DNA of 64,000 nucleotides from Candidatus Babeliales bacterium (lineage in GTDB: Bacteria > Babelota > Babeliae > Babelales > JANWKD01), in assembly GCA_963722075.1 (NCBI GenBank), contig CAVRJM010000001.1, positions 480,001 to 544,000 on the forward strand, read 5' to 3'. Each line of letters starts with the position of its first letter. Position 1 is the stretch's first letter. This document shows positions 10,843-20,773 of this stretch, in pieces. The notes under the pieces were generated by a model. That model searched no databases. It saw only the letters and a program-made list of their open reading frames with translations, and was not told the origin of the DNA. The translations under genes and the position numbers were made by a program.

Positions 10843-10930
10843 GATTACACTAAAAGCTTCGACGCCCAGGTCCCCCACAACGCCTTGTCCACCGAAACCT
10901 ATAGGTGAAGGCTGGATCGGGACCGATGAC
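10843..10930. repeat. Degenerate GC-rich palindromic elements (family B: TGTCCRCCGAA..GAAGGCTGGA)
   Basis: gccttgtccaccgaaacctataggtgaaggctgga matches copies at about 22930, 32619 and 45228. Confidence 0.6.
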
Positions 10931-10947
10931 GATCGAAAAAAAAGTAC

Positions 10948-11112
10948 GTCGTTGCGAGCTTGTCGAAGCAATCCAGGTTAAATTAAATGATACCAAGTTA
11001 TAGAAGGCCAATAAAGTTGTGTTAAATTATTAAACAATTCAAAAATTTCTTCATATAAAAATAACAAATAATGTTAATAAATACTGGATTGCTTCGACAA
11101 GCTCGCAACGAC
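10948..11112. repeat. Inverted doublet of CGTC/GTC-type REP-like palindromes (REPIN/MITE-like)
   Basis: Perfect 29-bp inverted repeat gtcgttgcgagcttgtcgaagcaatccag (10948-10976 / 11084-11112) around a 107-bp AT-rich spacer. Confidence 0.9.
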
Positions 11113-11197
11113 ATACATTCGTAAATTTACATCATCATGCAAAAATTCAGCATCCATTAGTGAATTATATTTAAGGTATAAAAGTTCTAAATACCAA

Positions 11198-12823
11198 CTA
11201 ACTAGACGGAAGTAAGAAATTATAATTAAAATACATGCGTTGAATCGTATGCAGTTTTTGAGTAACGCTCATTGAAGCATCTTCCAAATGAGCAATATCT
11301 TCAAGTATCATAATTTGCTCGTCAATATTCATTTGAGAAGTATGTTTTTTAAATTGTTCAAGCCAGTAATGGCAATACCCTTGATCAATTAATGAAACGG
11401 CAGATACATCACTTAAATATTTATTGTAAATAATATCTAAATTTCGTAATGCTTTGCGTAATGGCTCATACGTATTTTTTTGTAGCATAATGTGTACAAA
11501 AAGTTTCTTAGCAAGGGAATACGTACCATATAAAACTAACGCTGATGGTAATATGGCAGCTATTTCAAAATTAAATTTATTAGCATTAAATTGCGTTTCT
11601 CCTTCTAATGCTATTTTACTTCCCATTAATAATGATGCTTGAAATAACATATAACATAAAACTCCCATCTTTTTTACCTGAGGAAACAGTTCTGCAATTT
11701 CGGAAGCTTTTTTAGTAATTATTTCCAACCTTGCTATAGCAACATTAAACCGTTCAATAGATTTTTTATCTCCAGTAATCCATCTTAGAGCACTGGCACC
11801 ATACGAATCATCTTTCACATATGAATCTAGTTCTATCTTTAATTCTTCAACATCACTTTGTTTTTTATCTATAGCTTGAACAATATCATTTAATTCATTC
11901 ATAATAAATTCAATATTGCCAGTCTTAACCTCTTTAATAATCCCTTCAATTTCTTCAGAAGAATATGGTAAATTGTTGGTTTCTATATATGAGCGCACCT
12001 GAAGTTCTAATAAATTTCCACAAGATTGAACACCTTTTTTAGTTATTACCGGATCACGATCACGTCGCAAAAGCGCCTTTAGTGATTTTACAATCGGCGC
12101 GGATATGTGCTCATCATAATACTTTTTAACCGCATCAAAAGCCATATCAGACCAGTTTTTTAAATTATTTTTATTTTGATGAATAAAATAACCCATTCCT
12201 AATGAGCTTGTTACCAGAAGAAAATAGGCAATCCAATTCCGTTGAAAATGATTAGGTTTACTACAATGCGCGCAGGAATATAACGCATTTTTTTTGTAAT
12301 TTTTTATCCATAATTCAATGCGTTTAAGCCGCTCTTCAACCACACCACTTTGTGCGGTTTTATTGCTTATAACAGTATAACGAAATAAACAGGATTCAAG
12401 AGCATCAATCATAGCATCTGCTAGTTCAGGAGAATAAGTCGCCGTTTGAATGTAGTGTTTAAAGAGCGCTAAATAATAGGCATTGTGCTCTTGCTCTTGT
12501 TGTAAGTACTGTAAATATTCATCAATTTTGCGCCATTCCTTTTTACGGTAAATCCATTTGCTAGGATCTTTTGAAAGAAAATAGCTAAACGGCATTAATT
12601 GCTGTTTTTTCCAGTAATGGGTGTTTAATAGGAACTGATGTAATACCTCAATAAGGATAGGGCATAATTGCTCCATTTGATCAAGCACCTTGTTAAACAC
12701 TACTTTATTTTCATATTCCTTAATAATACGAGCTGTTTTTTCATTTTCTAATAGCAATAAAGAATCGGTACCATTTATACTTAAAAAGACTAGTAAAAGT
12801 ACACTAAAAATATAATTAACCAT
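11198..12823 (-). CDS. NCA2/DGS1-like membrane protein
   Basis: KPNHFQRNW..Y, NW...A..A...Y.DEH...P, ANKFNFEIAAILP and KLHTIQRMYFNYNFLLP parallel recalled plant DGS1 / NCA2-domain motifs. Start refined to MVNYIF. Confidence 0.7.
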   Translation of the reverse strand: MVNYIFSVLLLVFLSINGTDSLLLLENEKTARIIKEYENKVVFNKVLDQMEQLCPILIEVLHQFLLNTHYWKKQQLMPFSYFLSKDPSKWIYRKKEWRKIDEYLQYLQQEQEHNAYYLALFKHYIQTATYSPELADAMIDALESCLFRYTVISNKTAQSGVVEERLKRIELWIKNYKKNALYSCAHCSKPNHFQRNWIAYFLLVTSSLGMGYFIHQNKNNLKNWSDMAFDAVKKYYDEHISAPIVKSLKALLRRDRDPVITKKGVQSCGNLLELQVRSYIETNNLPYSSEEIEGIIKEVKTGNIEFIMNELNDIVQAIDKKQSDVEELKIELDSYVKDDSYGASALRWITGDKKSIERFNVAIARLEIITKKASEIAELFPQVKKMGVLCYMLFQASLLMGSKIALEGETQFNANKFNFEIAAILPSALVLYGTYSLAKKLFVHIMLQKNTYEPLRKALRNLDIIYNKYLSDVSAVSLIDQGYCHYWLEQFKKHTSQMNIDEQIMILEDIAHLEDASMSVTQKLHTIQRMYFNYNFLLPSS

Positions 12824-12892
12824 GCTAAAAACCTTTCTTTGAGTAATTAACGTACCATAAAATGAGCTCAACAGCCAATATATGATACGAGC

Positions 12893-12921
12893 TTGTCAAT
12901 AACCCTTAAATACGATAAAAT
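12893..12921 (+). promoter_or_regulatory. Sigma70-like promoter of rplU
   Basis: TTGTCA-17 nt-TAAAAT. Confidence 0.55.
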
Positions 12922-12972
12922 AACTATATCGCTCAATTTAAAGATATATATAGTATAAATTCCAAAGGAATA

Positions 12973-13320
12973 ATGTTAATGTCTCAAGAAAAGCAAGCCG
13001 TACCTGTTTTTAAGCGATATGCCATTTTTCAGACTGGCGGCAAACAATATCAAGCAATAGAAGGTAAAACAGTAGCCATTGAAAAACTTGAGGGGAATCA
13101 AGGCGACACGGTAGAATTTACAGATGTATTGTTACGTAAAACAAATGATGCCGATATTCAAATTGGTCAACCATTCTTGAAAAACGCTATTAAAGCAACC
13201 ATTGTTAAGCAGATGCGCGGACCAAAAATAGTTGTATTTAAATTCAAACGTCGCAAAAAGTCACGCGTTAAAAAAGGACATCGTCAATCCATTACCGTAG
13301 TACGAATTGAAGCAATCTAA
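12973..13320 (+). CDS. rplU: 50S ribosomal protein L21
   Basis: YAIFQTGGKQY, RGPKIVVFKFKRRK and KKGHRQ. Confidence 0.97.
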   Translation: MLMSQEKQAVPVFKRYAIFQTGGKQYQAIEGKTVAIEKLEGNQGDTVEFTDVLLRKTNDADIQIGQPFLKNAIKATIVKQMRGPKIVVFKFKRRKKSRVKKGHRQSITVVRIEAI

Positions 13321-13328
13321 AAAAATAT

Positions 13329-13380
13329 AAGTCATTATACTTATCTTATGTAATAGTTTAATAAGTATAATGACTTTTTT
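13329..13380. terminator. Inverted repeat / terminator between rplU and trkA
   Basis: aagtcattatacttat ... ataagtataatgactt followed by a T-run. Confidence 0.65.
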
Positions 13381-13390
13381 TATGCTCTTT

Positions 13391-14032
13391 TTATAATTTA
13401 GCAATAGTCATAAGTTTATTAATCGATCCAGCAAATACTACTGTTTCATCTGCGTTAATAGTATAATCGGAATTAATAGGGATAATATCTTCGCCTTTTT
13501 TAACACCAATACAACGCGCTTGATAACGGTCAAATAATTTTAATGATTGAACGGTTTTACCCACAAATTTTTCAGGAGCCGTAATTTGAATAATCCCAAA
13601 ATTAGCAGTTATGCGTACCAATTGAGCATATGGATAGCTTAAACTATCGGCTAAGCGAACGCCAACTTCTTGCTCTGGTAATATTACTTGATCAGCGCCA
13701 ATCAGTTTTAAAATTTCCTTATGAATTTCGCTAACGGCACGGGTAATAACCATCGGAATATTAAGACGTTTTTTTAATAATGCGGTTACCAAAATAGATT
13801 GCGCAAAATTTTCACCCATCGCCACAATAACTATATCCATTTCCTCAACACCCAGTGATCGCAATGCGGCTTCATCATTCACCCGTAAACAAATTGCTTG
13901 AGTTATTTGATCACGAATAGAGGAAACGATTGATTCGTTGCTATCAATACCTAATACTTCCATGCCATTATCTGCCAATGTGGTAGCAACCCGATACCCA
14001 AATCTACCCAACCCTATAACACAAAATTTCAT
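13391..14032 (-). CDS. trkA: TrkA/KtrA-family K+ uptake NAD-binding subunit
   Basis: FCVIGLGRFG Rossmann motif, IGADQVILPE and a TrkA-C domain. Confidence 0.93.
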   Translation of the reverse strand: MKFCVIGLGRFGYRVATTLADNGMEVLGIDSNESIVSSIRDQITQAICLRVNDEAALRSLGVEEMDIVIVAMGENFAQSILVTALLKKRLNIPMVITRAVSEIHKEILKLIGADQVILPEQEVGVRLADSLSYPYAQLVRITANFGIIQITAPEKFVGKTVQSLKLFDRYQARCIGVKKGEDIIPINSDYTINADETVVFAGSINKLMTIAKL

Positions 14033-14051
14033 GTAAGATCCTTATTATACT

Positions 14052-15377
14052 TTAACCAATTAATACTCGTTCTTCAGGATACGAAAATTCTGGCAATTCA
14101 TGACGTTTATATAATGCAAGAACAAATGCTAAAGCACCAATACGCCCTATAATCATTGTCAAAATTATAAAAATCTTACCTATAGCTGATAAATAAGGCG
14201 TTATACCTAAAGAAAGTCCTAATGTTGCAAAAGCAGAAACAACTTCAAATAAAATTTCTATAAATGACCAATCCTTTTCAGTAATTAATAAAAAGAATGT
14301 TGTAATAATAATCCAAATTAATGAAAGAAATGTAATTGCAATTGCTTTATATAACTGATCTATTGCAATAGACCTCCCCATAAGTGAAACATTTGTTCTC
14401 CCAATCACTGCTGCCTTTATAAACCCGATGCATAGTGCAAATGTGGTAACTTTTATACCTCCTCCAGTTGATAGAGGTGCTACACCAATAAAAGATAAAA
14501 TTATTATCAATAAGATTGTAGCTAATTGCAATTGATTTGTTTGAATTGTAGTAAACCCCGTACCACGACTTGAAATGGCATTATAAAGAGCATTTACTAT
14601 TGCCGTAAGGGGATTCATTTCAGCAAAGGTATTGTGATGCTCTAACATCCAATAAAGTAGTGCTCCACTTACAACTATAAAAATAGTCATATATACCATT
14701 ACTTTTGTTTGTAATGAAAAATGAAATCTTTTTTTATTACCAATGCTTTTCATATAGTTAAAAATTTCATTCCAAGCAATAAATCCTAGCATGCCAGATA
14801 ACATAATAAAACAGTTACCCAATAATAATATTAAATTATCTTTATAGGGAATCATACCTTCAGGAAATAAAGAAATTCCTGCATCACAAAACGTAGATAC
14901 TGCATGAAAAAAAGATAAAAAAAGAGCTCGTAAAAAAGAATAGTCATTATAAATATTAAAAAAGAAAATAACGGTACCAAGTACTTCTATAAAAAAAGTA
15001 AAAAATATAATAAAATAAATAAATTTTTTAATATCTCTTAATGATTCCAAGTCAAGCACTTGTCCAGCCATAACTTGGGTTGAAAAAGATGGATTAACAA
15101 AAAATAATATGAAAAAAAAAGTTACAATTCCTAACCCACCAATTTGAATAAGGAGCAACACTATACATTGACCCAAAAAAGTAAATTCGATACAAGGTAC
15201 GGTAGTTAATCCACAAGTACACAAACATGTTGCTGAAGTAAATAAGGCATCTATCCACGAGATTACACCGGTATGGCAAAAGGGTAATTTAAGTAGTATT
15301 GTTCCGCATGCTATTGCTATTAAAGTAAACATAAATATTAATCGTGCAGGTGAAACGTGCGCCATAGAATGCGGCAT
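14052..15377 (-). CDS. trkH: TrkH/KtrB-family K+ uptake membrane subunit
   Basis: ALFTSATCLCTCGL, LIQIGGLG, STGGGIKVTT, FEVVSAFATLGLSLG and MIIGRIG. Confidence 0.93.
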   Translation of the reverse strand: MPHSMAHVSPARLIFMFTLIAIACGTILLKLPFCHTGVISWIDALFTSATCLCTCGLTTVPCIEFTFLGQCIVLLLIQIGGLGIVTFFFILFFVNPSFSTQVMAGQVLDLESLRDIKKFIYFIIFFTFFIEVLGTVIFFFNIYNDYSFLRALFLSFFHAVSTFCDAGISLFPEGMIPYKDNLILLLGNCFIMLSGMLGFIAWNEIFNYMKSIGNKKRFHFSLQTKVMVYMTIFIVVSGALLYWMLEHHNTFAEMNPLTAIVNALYNAISSRGTGFTTIQTNQLQLATILLIIILSFIGVAPLSTGGGIKVTTFALCIGFIKAAVIGRTNVSLMGRSIAIDQLYKAIAITFLSLIWIIITTFFLLITEKDWSFIEILFEVVSAFATLGLSLGITPYLSAIGKIFIILTMIIGRIGALAFVLALYKRHELPEFSYPEERVLIG

Positions 15378-15405
15378 ATAATAAATTCCTTAGAAATGCT
15401 ACATG

Positions 15406-15990
15406 TTACTTGTGTAAAAAGCACCGCCAACAGGTTGCAATAACAATTACTGTAAATAAGATTACAAGGAGATTGAAATAGCGGTCAATATATTGCTTAA
15501 TCTGCTCACCCCAAAACCTAATACTTAGAGCTATCAAGAAGAATCTAGCTCCTCTTCCTATTAACGAAAAAATAATGAAAGGGACCACCGGCAATTTGCA
15601 AAAACCCGCGCTTAACGTTATCGCCTTATAGGGTAATGGGGTAAATCCTGCAATTAATACCGCCCATGATTCATACTGTTTATATTGATAAATGGCAAAA
15701 TCAAATGTTTCTGGCTTAAACAATAATGACACCAATAATTTACCGCACGATTCCCAAATAGCAAATCCAATAAGATATCCCATCAACCCTCCCGCTACTG
15801 ATGAAAAGGTTGCAATGGTAGCAAAGTAAAAAGAATTTAAACGATCTTCAATACAATACAAAATGAGCAACGGGTCAACGGGTACAAAAAAAATAGCTTC
15901 AATAAAAAACAATATCGCTAATAATGGTACTGCATATGCCGTATGCACCTGTTGGCCACACCAATGGTACATTCTCTTTAATGCAAACAT
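15406..15990 (-). CDS. YqaA/DedA (VTT) family membrane protein
   Basis: FIEAIFFVPVD, SVAGGLMGY, AGFTPLPYK and GRGARFF. Confidence 0.9.
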   Translation of the reverse strand: MFALKRMYHWCGQQVHTAYAVPLLAILFFIEAIFFVPVDPLLILYCIEDRLNSFYFATIATFSSVAGGLMGYLIGFAIWESCGKLLVSLLFKPETFDFAIYQYKQYESWAVLIAGFTPLPYKAITLSAGFCKLPVVPFIIFSLIGRGARFFLIALSIRFWGEQIKQYIDRYFNLLVILFTVIVIATCWRCFLHK

Positions 15991-16009
15991 AGCTATCTCC
16001 CTTTAATTT

Positions 16010-17323
16010 TTATAATAGCTGTTTTTTCAAAAATAGTTCCAATTGATCTATTGCTATTCGCTCTTGATTCATCGCATCGCGATAACGCACCGTTATCGAA
16101 TTATCAGTTGGCGAATCAAAGTCATAGGTAAAGCAAAAAGGTGTCCCAATTTCATCATATCTTCTATAACGCTTGCCTATTGAGCCAGCCTCATCAAACT
16201 CAACCATAATTCCTGATTTTCTAATCGATTCATAAAGTGCATAGGTCGGCTCTACTTGTTTTTTAGTAAGCGGTAAAAACGCTGCCTTTATGGGAGCCAT
16301 TGATGGTTTAAAGCGCAAAACAGTACGTTGCTCGCCCTCAATAGTTTCTTCTTGATATGCATCAAAAAGCATAGTCAAAAATATACGCCCTACGCCAGCT
16401 GATGTTTCTACTACGTACGGGATGATTGATTTTTTATCCGCTTCATCAAAATAAGAAAGGTCTTTACCAGAAAATGAACTATGCTGCATCAAATCAAAAT
16501 CACCCCTATTTGCAATGCCTTCTAATTCTTTCCAGCCAAACGGAAATTGATATTCAATATCAGAGGTTCCTTGCGAATAGTGAGACAATTCTGTTTTTTC
16601 GTGAGCACGAATACGAATATGCTCAGCTTTCAACCCTAATACTTCAGTGTAAAATTTTTCACGCTCGTGGCACCAAAATGCAAAATCTGTAGCCGCCGTT
16701 TCAGGTTTACAAAACCATTCCATCTCCATCTGCTCAAATTCTCGTACACGAAAAAGAAACTGCTTGGGAGTAATTTCATTGCGAAATGCTTTACCAATTT
16801 GTGCAACACCAAAAGGAAGTTTCACGCGATTAGTTGAAATAATATTTTTAAAATTAATAAAAATAGACTGTGCCGTTTCAGGTCTCAAATAGGCATGCGT
16901 TGCATGTTCTGTTGAGGCCCCCACTTGTGTTTTAAACATTAAATTAAATTGACGAACGGGTGTCCATGCTTTTTTACCACAATGTGGGCACGGCTCATTA
17001 AGATCTAATTCATCAGCACGGTAGCGATGCTGACATGATAAGCAATCCACCATAGGATCTTGGAAATTCGAAATATGTCCAGAAGCTTCCCATACCGATT
17101 CAGGACCTAAAATAGATCCTTCAAACAATAATATTGGTGCTTTTGCTTCACTAACTGATTTAAGCCAAGCAGCTTTAATATTATTTTTTAATAACGTACC
17201 AATATAGCCAAAATCATAAACACCATTTAACCCACCATATATCTCAGCTGAAGGATAAACAAAACCTCGTCGCTTACACAACGCTACTATCTTATCAAGT
17301 GTTACTACTGTTGAAGATTCCAT
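16010..17323 (-). CDS. glyQS: Glycine--tRNA ligase (alpha2 dimeric type)
   Basis: CKRRGFVYPSAEIYGG, YLRPETAQ, GKAFRNEITP, REFEQMEME and GSIGKRYRR. Confidence 0.96.
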   Translation of the reverse strand: MESSTVVTLDKIVALCKRRGFVYPSAEIYGGLNGVYDFGYIGTLLKNNIKAAWLKSVSEAKAPILLFEGSILGPESVWEASGHISNFQDPMVDCLSCQHRYRADELDLNEPCPHCGKKAWTPVRQFNLMFKTQVGASTEHATHAYLRPETAQSIFINFKNIISTNRVKLPFGVAQIGKAFRNEITPKQFLFRVREFEQMEMEWFCKPETAATDFAFWCHEREKFYTEVLGLKAEHIRIRAHEKTELSHYSQGTSDIEYQFPFGWKELEGIANRGDFDLMQHSSFSGKDLSYFDEADKKSIIPYVVETSAGVGRIFLTMLFDAYQEETIEGEQRTVLRFKPSMAPIKAAFLPLTKKQVEPTYALYESIRKSGIMVEFDEAGSIGKRYRRYDEIGTPFCFTYDFDSPTDNSITVRYRDAMNQERIAIDQLELFLKKQLL

Positions 17324-17526
17324 AAATCAATAACTCCTGCCAATAAAAATAAGCAAAATGTTTAAACAATAATGGTAATGATGAATTTGTCTTTTAGCAA
17401 CCCTCTTATAATAAGGCTATTTCTATATTTATAATAAAAATAGTTTATTTTATTAAATTTAATGTTATATTATATTTGTAATTAAAACATTATCATGTAT
17501 TTATTTTTTCTAGTCGAAAGTTACGT

Positions 17527-18597
17527 ATGATCATATTATTCTTTTTTCTTCTGCTGCCTTTTAATTCATATGCTGGTTATTTTTTTAGAAACATTGATAA
17601 AAAATCACTTATTATCAAGATGATTGATCAAGATGATAATACTCTTGTTGATGGCCTGATCTTAGAACCCCGTTGCCAATTGGAACTTGACAATAGTTAT
17701 ATAATAGACAAAAAAATTAAGACATGCACCATGTGTATAAAAGGATCAGACGAGCAGTTTTTCAATCAAGAAATTACCATAAATCTTAAAAAAATTCTTG
17801 TTTATTCAGTTATAATGAATCTACAGAGCGCAGAATTTTCCAAGCAAATAAAAGAATATACTAGTCATTTAGAAAACCTTAAAACCAAATATTTTAATAC
17901 CATACGTTTAAGAAATGCACAGTTAAATAATGGATATTTTATACGTAATATAGATACCAATGAAATTTGGCTATTATTACTTAATAATATAAATATGCAT
18001 GCTTCTTTTCATTTGAAACCAAATGAAGAACTTTTTATTCCTGATTTTTTTTACCAACATGCTAAAATGGATCAATTAATATTTGCTATCCAGAGTGGTG
18101 TTATCATTATTGAAAGTATAAAAAATAAAAAGCCTGCTATTGATTCAGTAAGAGATCAAGATGAAGAACATCAATCACTCTCTGATCAGCTGAGGGCTCT
18201 AGTGGGCGGTAGTGATAGCGAAGAGGATGATAAGGTTAAAGAAGAGGAAACAAGAATCACATTCCCACATCCTTTTCAATTAGGTACATTAACCATTGAT
18301 AAACCATCTTGGATTATTGCACACACTGTTTATAATATATGTCATGGTGTTTCACCATTTAAAATAGAAGATTATGAATCTAAAAATGCAAAAGATATTG
18401 AAATGATCGATGCAGCTAAAGATATGCGTGCATTTTTTAAAATGACCTTTTTAAATAAACCACGAAATAACGTGTATTATATATTAAGCAATCATAACTC
18501 AATTCCAGATCAAGAAAACGAGCACGCCAGTTCATCGGATTTACTACCACGCTTAAAAAAAGCTGTAAGCGATCCTGATCAAAGTATTACAAAATAA
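17527..18597 (+). CDS. Secreted hypothetical protein with an internal repeat
   Basis: Signal peptide. GYFFRNID / GYFIRNID are repeated modules. Confidence 0.7.
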   Translation: MIILFFFLLLPFNSYAGYFFRNIDKKSLIIKMIDQDDNTLVDGLILEPRCQLELDNSYIIDKKIKTCTMCIKGSDEQFFNQEITINLKKILVYSVIMNLQSAEFSKQIKEYTSHLENLKTKYFNTIRLRNAQLNNGYFIRNIDTNEIWLLLLNNINMHASFHLKPNEELFIPDFFYQHAKMDQLIFAIQSGVIIIESIKNKKPAIDSVRDQDEEHQSLSDQLRALVGGSDSEEDDKVKEEETRITFPHPFQLGTLTIDKPSWIIAHTVYNICHGVSPFKIEDYESKNAKDIEMIDAAKDMRAFFKMTFLNKPRNNVYYILSNHNSIPDQENEHASSSDLLPRLKKAVSDPDQSITK

Positions 18598-18611
18598 ACT
18601 ATTTCTTCGTG

Positions 18612-18911
18612 TTATTCTTCGATAATGTTGTGCAGTTCATACTTACCAGAATTGGCTAAAGCAGCAATTTGGATAACTCTTTTTTCATTTATTTTTTCTT
18701 GTTCGTCAACTCTTAATGGTAAATATCGCATAACAGGCTCTAGCTTAAATTCCTCCGTATCTAATTGCTCTACGTAGGCTAATAAAACTTCTACTTTGCT
18801 TTTTTTACCATTTTTTACGTCACATGAGTTATTATTCTTATTTTCTTTTTCTTTATTCATAGCAAAGCACACATTATGAAGTACTAGTAATAACAATAAA
18901 ATCTTTTTCAT
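18612..18911 (-). CDS. Small secreted hypothetical protein
   Basis: MKKILLLLLVLHNVCFA-MN signal with an AAAGGA RBS. Confidence 0.65.
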   Translation of the reverse strand: MKKILLLLLVLHNVCFAMNKEKENKNNNSCDVKNGKKSKVEVLLAYVEQLDTEEFKLEPVMRYLPLRVDEQEKINEKRVIQIAALANSGKYELHNIIEE

Positions 18912-19086
18912 ACTATTCCTTTTAAAATGAATATTATAAATAATTATAAATAATATTATGATAAAATATTTTCAAAAATAAATACTTTTGTTGCCAAACA
19001 GCTATTGGTATTTCTATTTTTTAAATTTTCTATATTATTAACTTATTCTTTAACTTTTAAGTAAAGCAATTATTATAAGGTTTATA

Positions 19087-20760
19087 ATGCATATTAATAA
19101 ATTTGTTAAAACAACACTTATTGCTCTATTTGTAGCAGCCTTTATTATACTTTCTTATTTTGTATTTAAATTTAATAAAAACCAGCAAGAACTTTTAGAA
19201 TTAGTAACTCACAAGAAAGAATTAAAGACAAGCGCACCAATCATAGAAAAATTAGTTTCAGCTCAACAATCGTGGAGTAATTTACAATCTAAAGTTAAAG
19301 ATACCGTCGTACAAATATTTGCCCAAAAAGCGGTGATTGATTTATTGCAACCCAATAGAACACCAATTCAAGGACAAGGAACGGGGAGCGGCTTTTTCAT
19401 AAACGATATGGGGGAAATTATTACCAATGCCCATGTGGTCGATCAATCGAAAGCGGTATGGATCCAAGTCCCTTCTCTGGGCAAACGGCAAATCGATGTT
19501 GATATTGTTGGCGTTAGCCCCGATAGAGATTTAGCTTTACTAAAAATAAAAGATGAAGAGTTAGAGGCATTTAAACAAGATCTCGGTGGTATCAAATTTT
19601 TACCGTTGGGTAATTCTGATTTTGTACATCGTGCTGACGAAATTATGACGCTGGGGTACCCATTAGGTCAACAAGGGCTAAAAAGTACTACTGGGGTTGT
19701 GAGTGGCCGCGAGCAAAATCTTATTCAAATTGATGCAGCAATCAATCCAGGCAATTCCGGTGGCCCTTCCCTTAATCTAAAAGGCGAAGTAATTGGTATT
19801 AATACCTTATATGCACCTGATGCTCAAAATGTTGGTTATATTATTCCTATTAATGAACTCAAAATTATTTTAGATGATTTGCGAAAATTTAAATTATTAA
19901 AAAGACCATATTTAGGCATCCTCTATAACAACGCAAGCGAAGCGCTCACTCAATTTCTTGGTAATCCATTACCAGGTGGGGTATACGTGGTGGAAGTATA
20001 CAAAGATAGCCCATTGCATAAAGCAGGTATTCAAAAACGTGATATGATTTATGAAATTAATGGTCATCAATTAGATGTGTATGGCGAATTATTATGGAAT
20101 GAAGATCGTATTTCTATTATTGATTATGTTTCGCAGCTTAAAATTGGCCAAGAAATTTCAATAGTTGCTTATAGGCAAGGAAAACGCATAGAAATTAAAT
20201 TTATTTTTAATAATCCTCAACCATTACCGATCCATAAGATATATCCTGGTTATGAACCTATTGAATATGAAGTAGTTGCAGGTATGGTAGTACAACCATT
20301 AACAACTAACCATTTACCAATGCTCGTTAATATTGCACCAGGCCTTACCAAATATGCTGAAATGAAACATCAAATGGAACCTGCTTTAATTATTACTCAT
20401 ATTTTCCCTGATTCACAAGCACAACGATGCCGTTCATTAATGCCAGGCTCAGTATTATCTGAAATTAATGGCATGAAAGTTACTACGCTTGATTCGTTAC
20501 GTACTGCATTATTTAAAAGTTTAGAAAGTGGTATCGTCTCTATTGAAACAACTGATTCAGTATTTGTGGTATTATCATTCAAAAAAATACTCGAAGAAGA
20601 TCAACGCTTAGCAAAAGATTACTTCTATCCGCTTACACCAGGAGTCAAAGCATTAGTTGATGCAGTAGAAAAACAAAAAGCTAACACTAGCCCCGCAGTT
20701 AGTAACAATAAAGAGTTAGATTTGCAGACACCACTTAGATCCCTATTAACGATGTACTAA
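19087..20760 (+). CDS. HtrA/DegP-family trypsin-like serine protease with PDZ domains
   Basis: GSGFFI, ITNAHVV, DLALLK and DAAINPGNSGGP. N-terminal TM segment and C-terminal PDZ-like regions. Confidence 0.93.
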   Translation: MHINKFVKTTLIALFVAAFIILSYFVFKFNKNQQELLELVTHKKELKTSAPIIEKLVSAQQSWSNLQSKVKDTVVQIFAQKAVIDLLQPNRTPIQGQGTGSGFFINDMGEIITNAHVVDQSKAVWIQVPSLGKRQIDVDIVGVSPDRDLALLKIKDEELEAFKQDLGGIKFLPLGNSDFVHRADEIMTLGYPLGQQGLKSTTGVVSGREQNLIQIDAAINPGNSGGPSLNLKGEVIGINTLYAPDAQNVGYIIPINELKIILDDLRKFKLLKRPYLGILYNNASEALTQFLGNPLPGGVYVVEVYKDSPLHKAGIQKRDMIYEINGHQLDVYGELLWNEDRISIIDYVSQLKIGQEISIVAYRQGKRIEIKFIFNNPQPLPIHKIYPGYEPIEYEVVAGMVVQPLTTNHLPMLVNIAPGLTKYAEMKHQMEPALIITHIFPDSQAQRCRSLMPGSVLSEINGMKVTTLDSLRTALFKSLESGIVSIETTDSVFVVLSFKKILEEDQRLAKDYFYPLTPGVKALVDAVEKQKANTSPAVSNNKELDLQTPLRSLLTMY

Positions 20761-20773
20761 TGAAAATAAATAA

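Noticed and set aside
9322..11197. oriC near dnaA
   Set aside because: No TTATCCACA-like box cluster was found by eye in the intergenic regions. The GC-rich motifs there belong to the palindromic repeat families.
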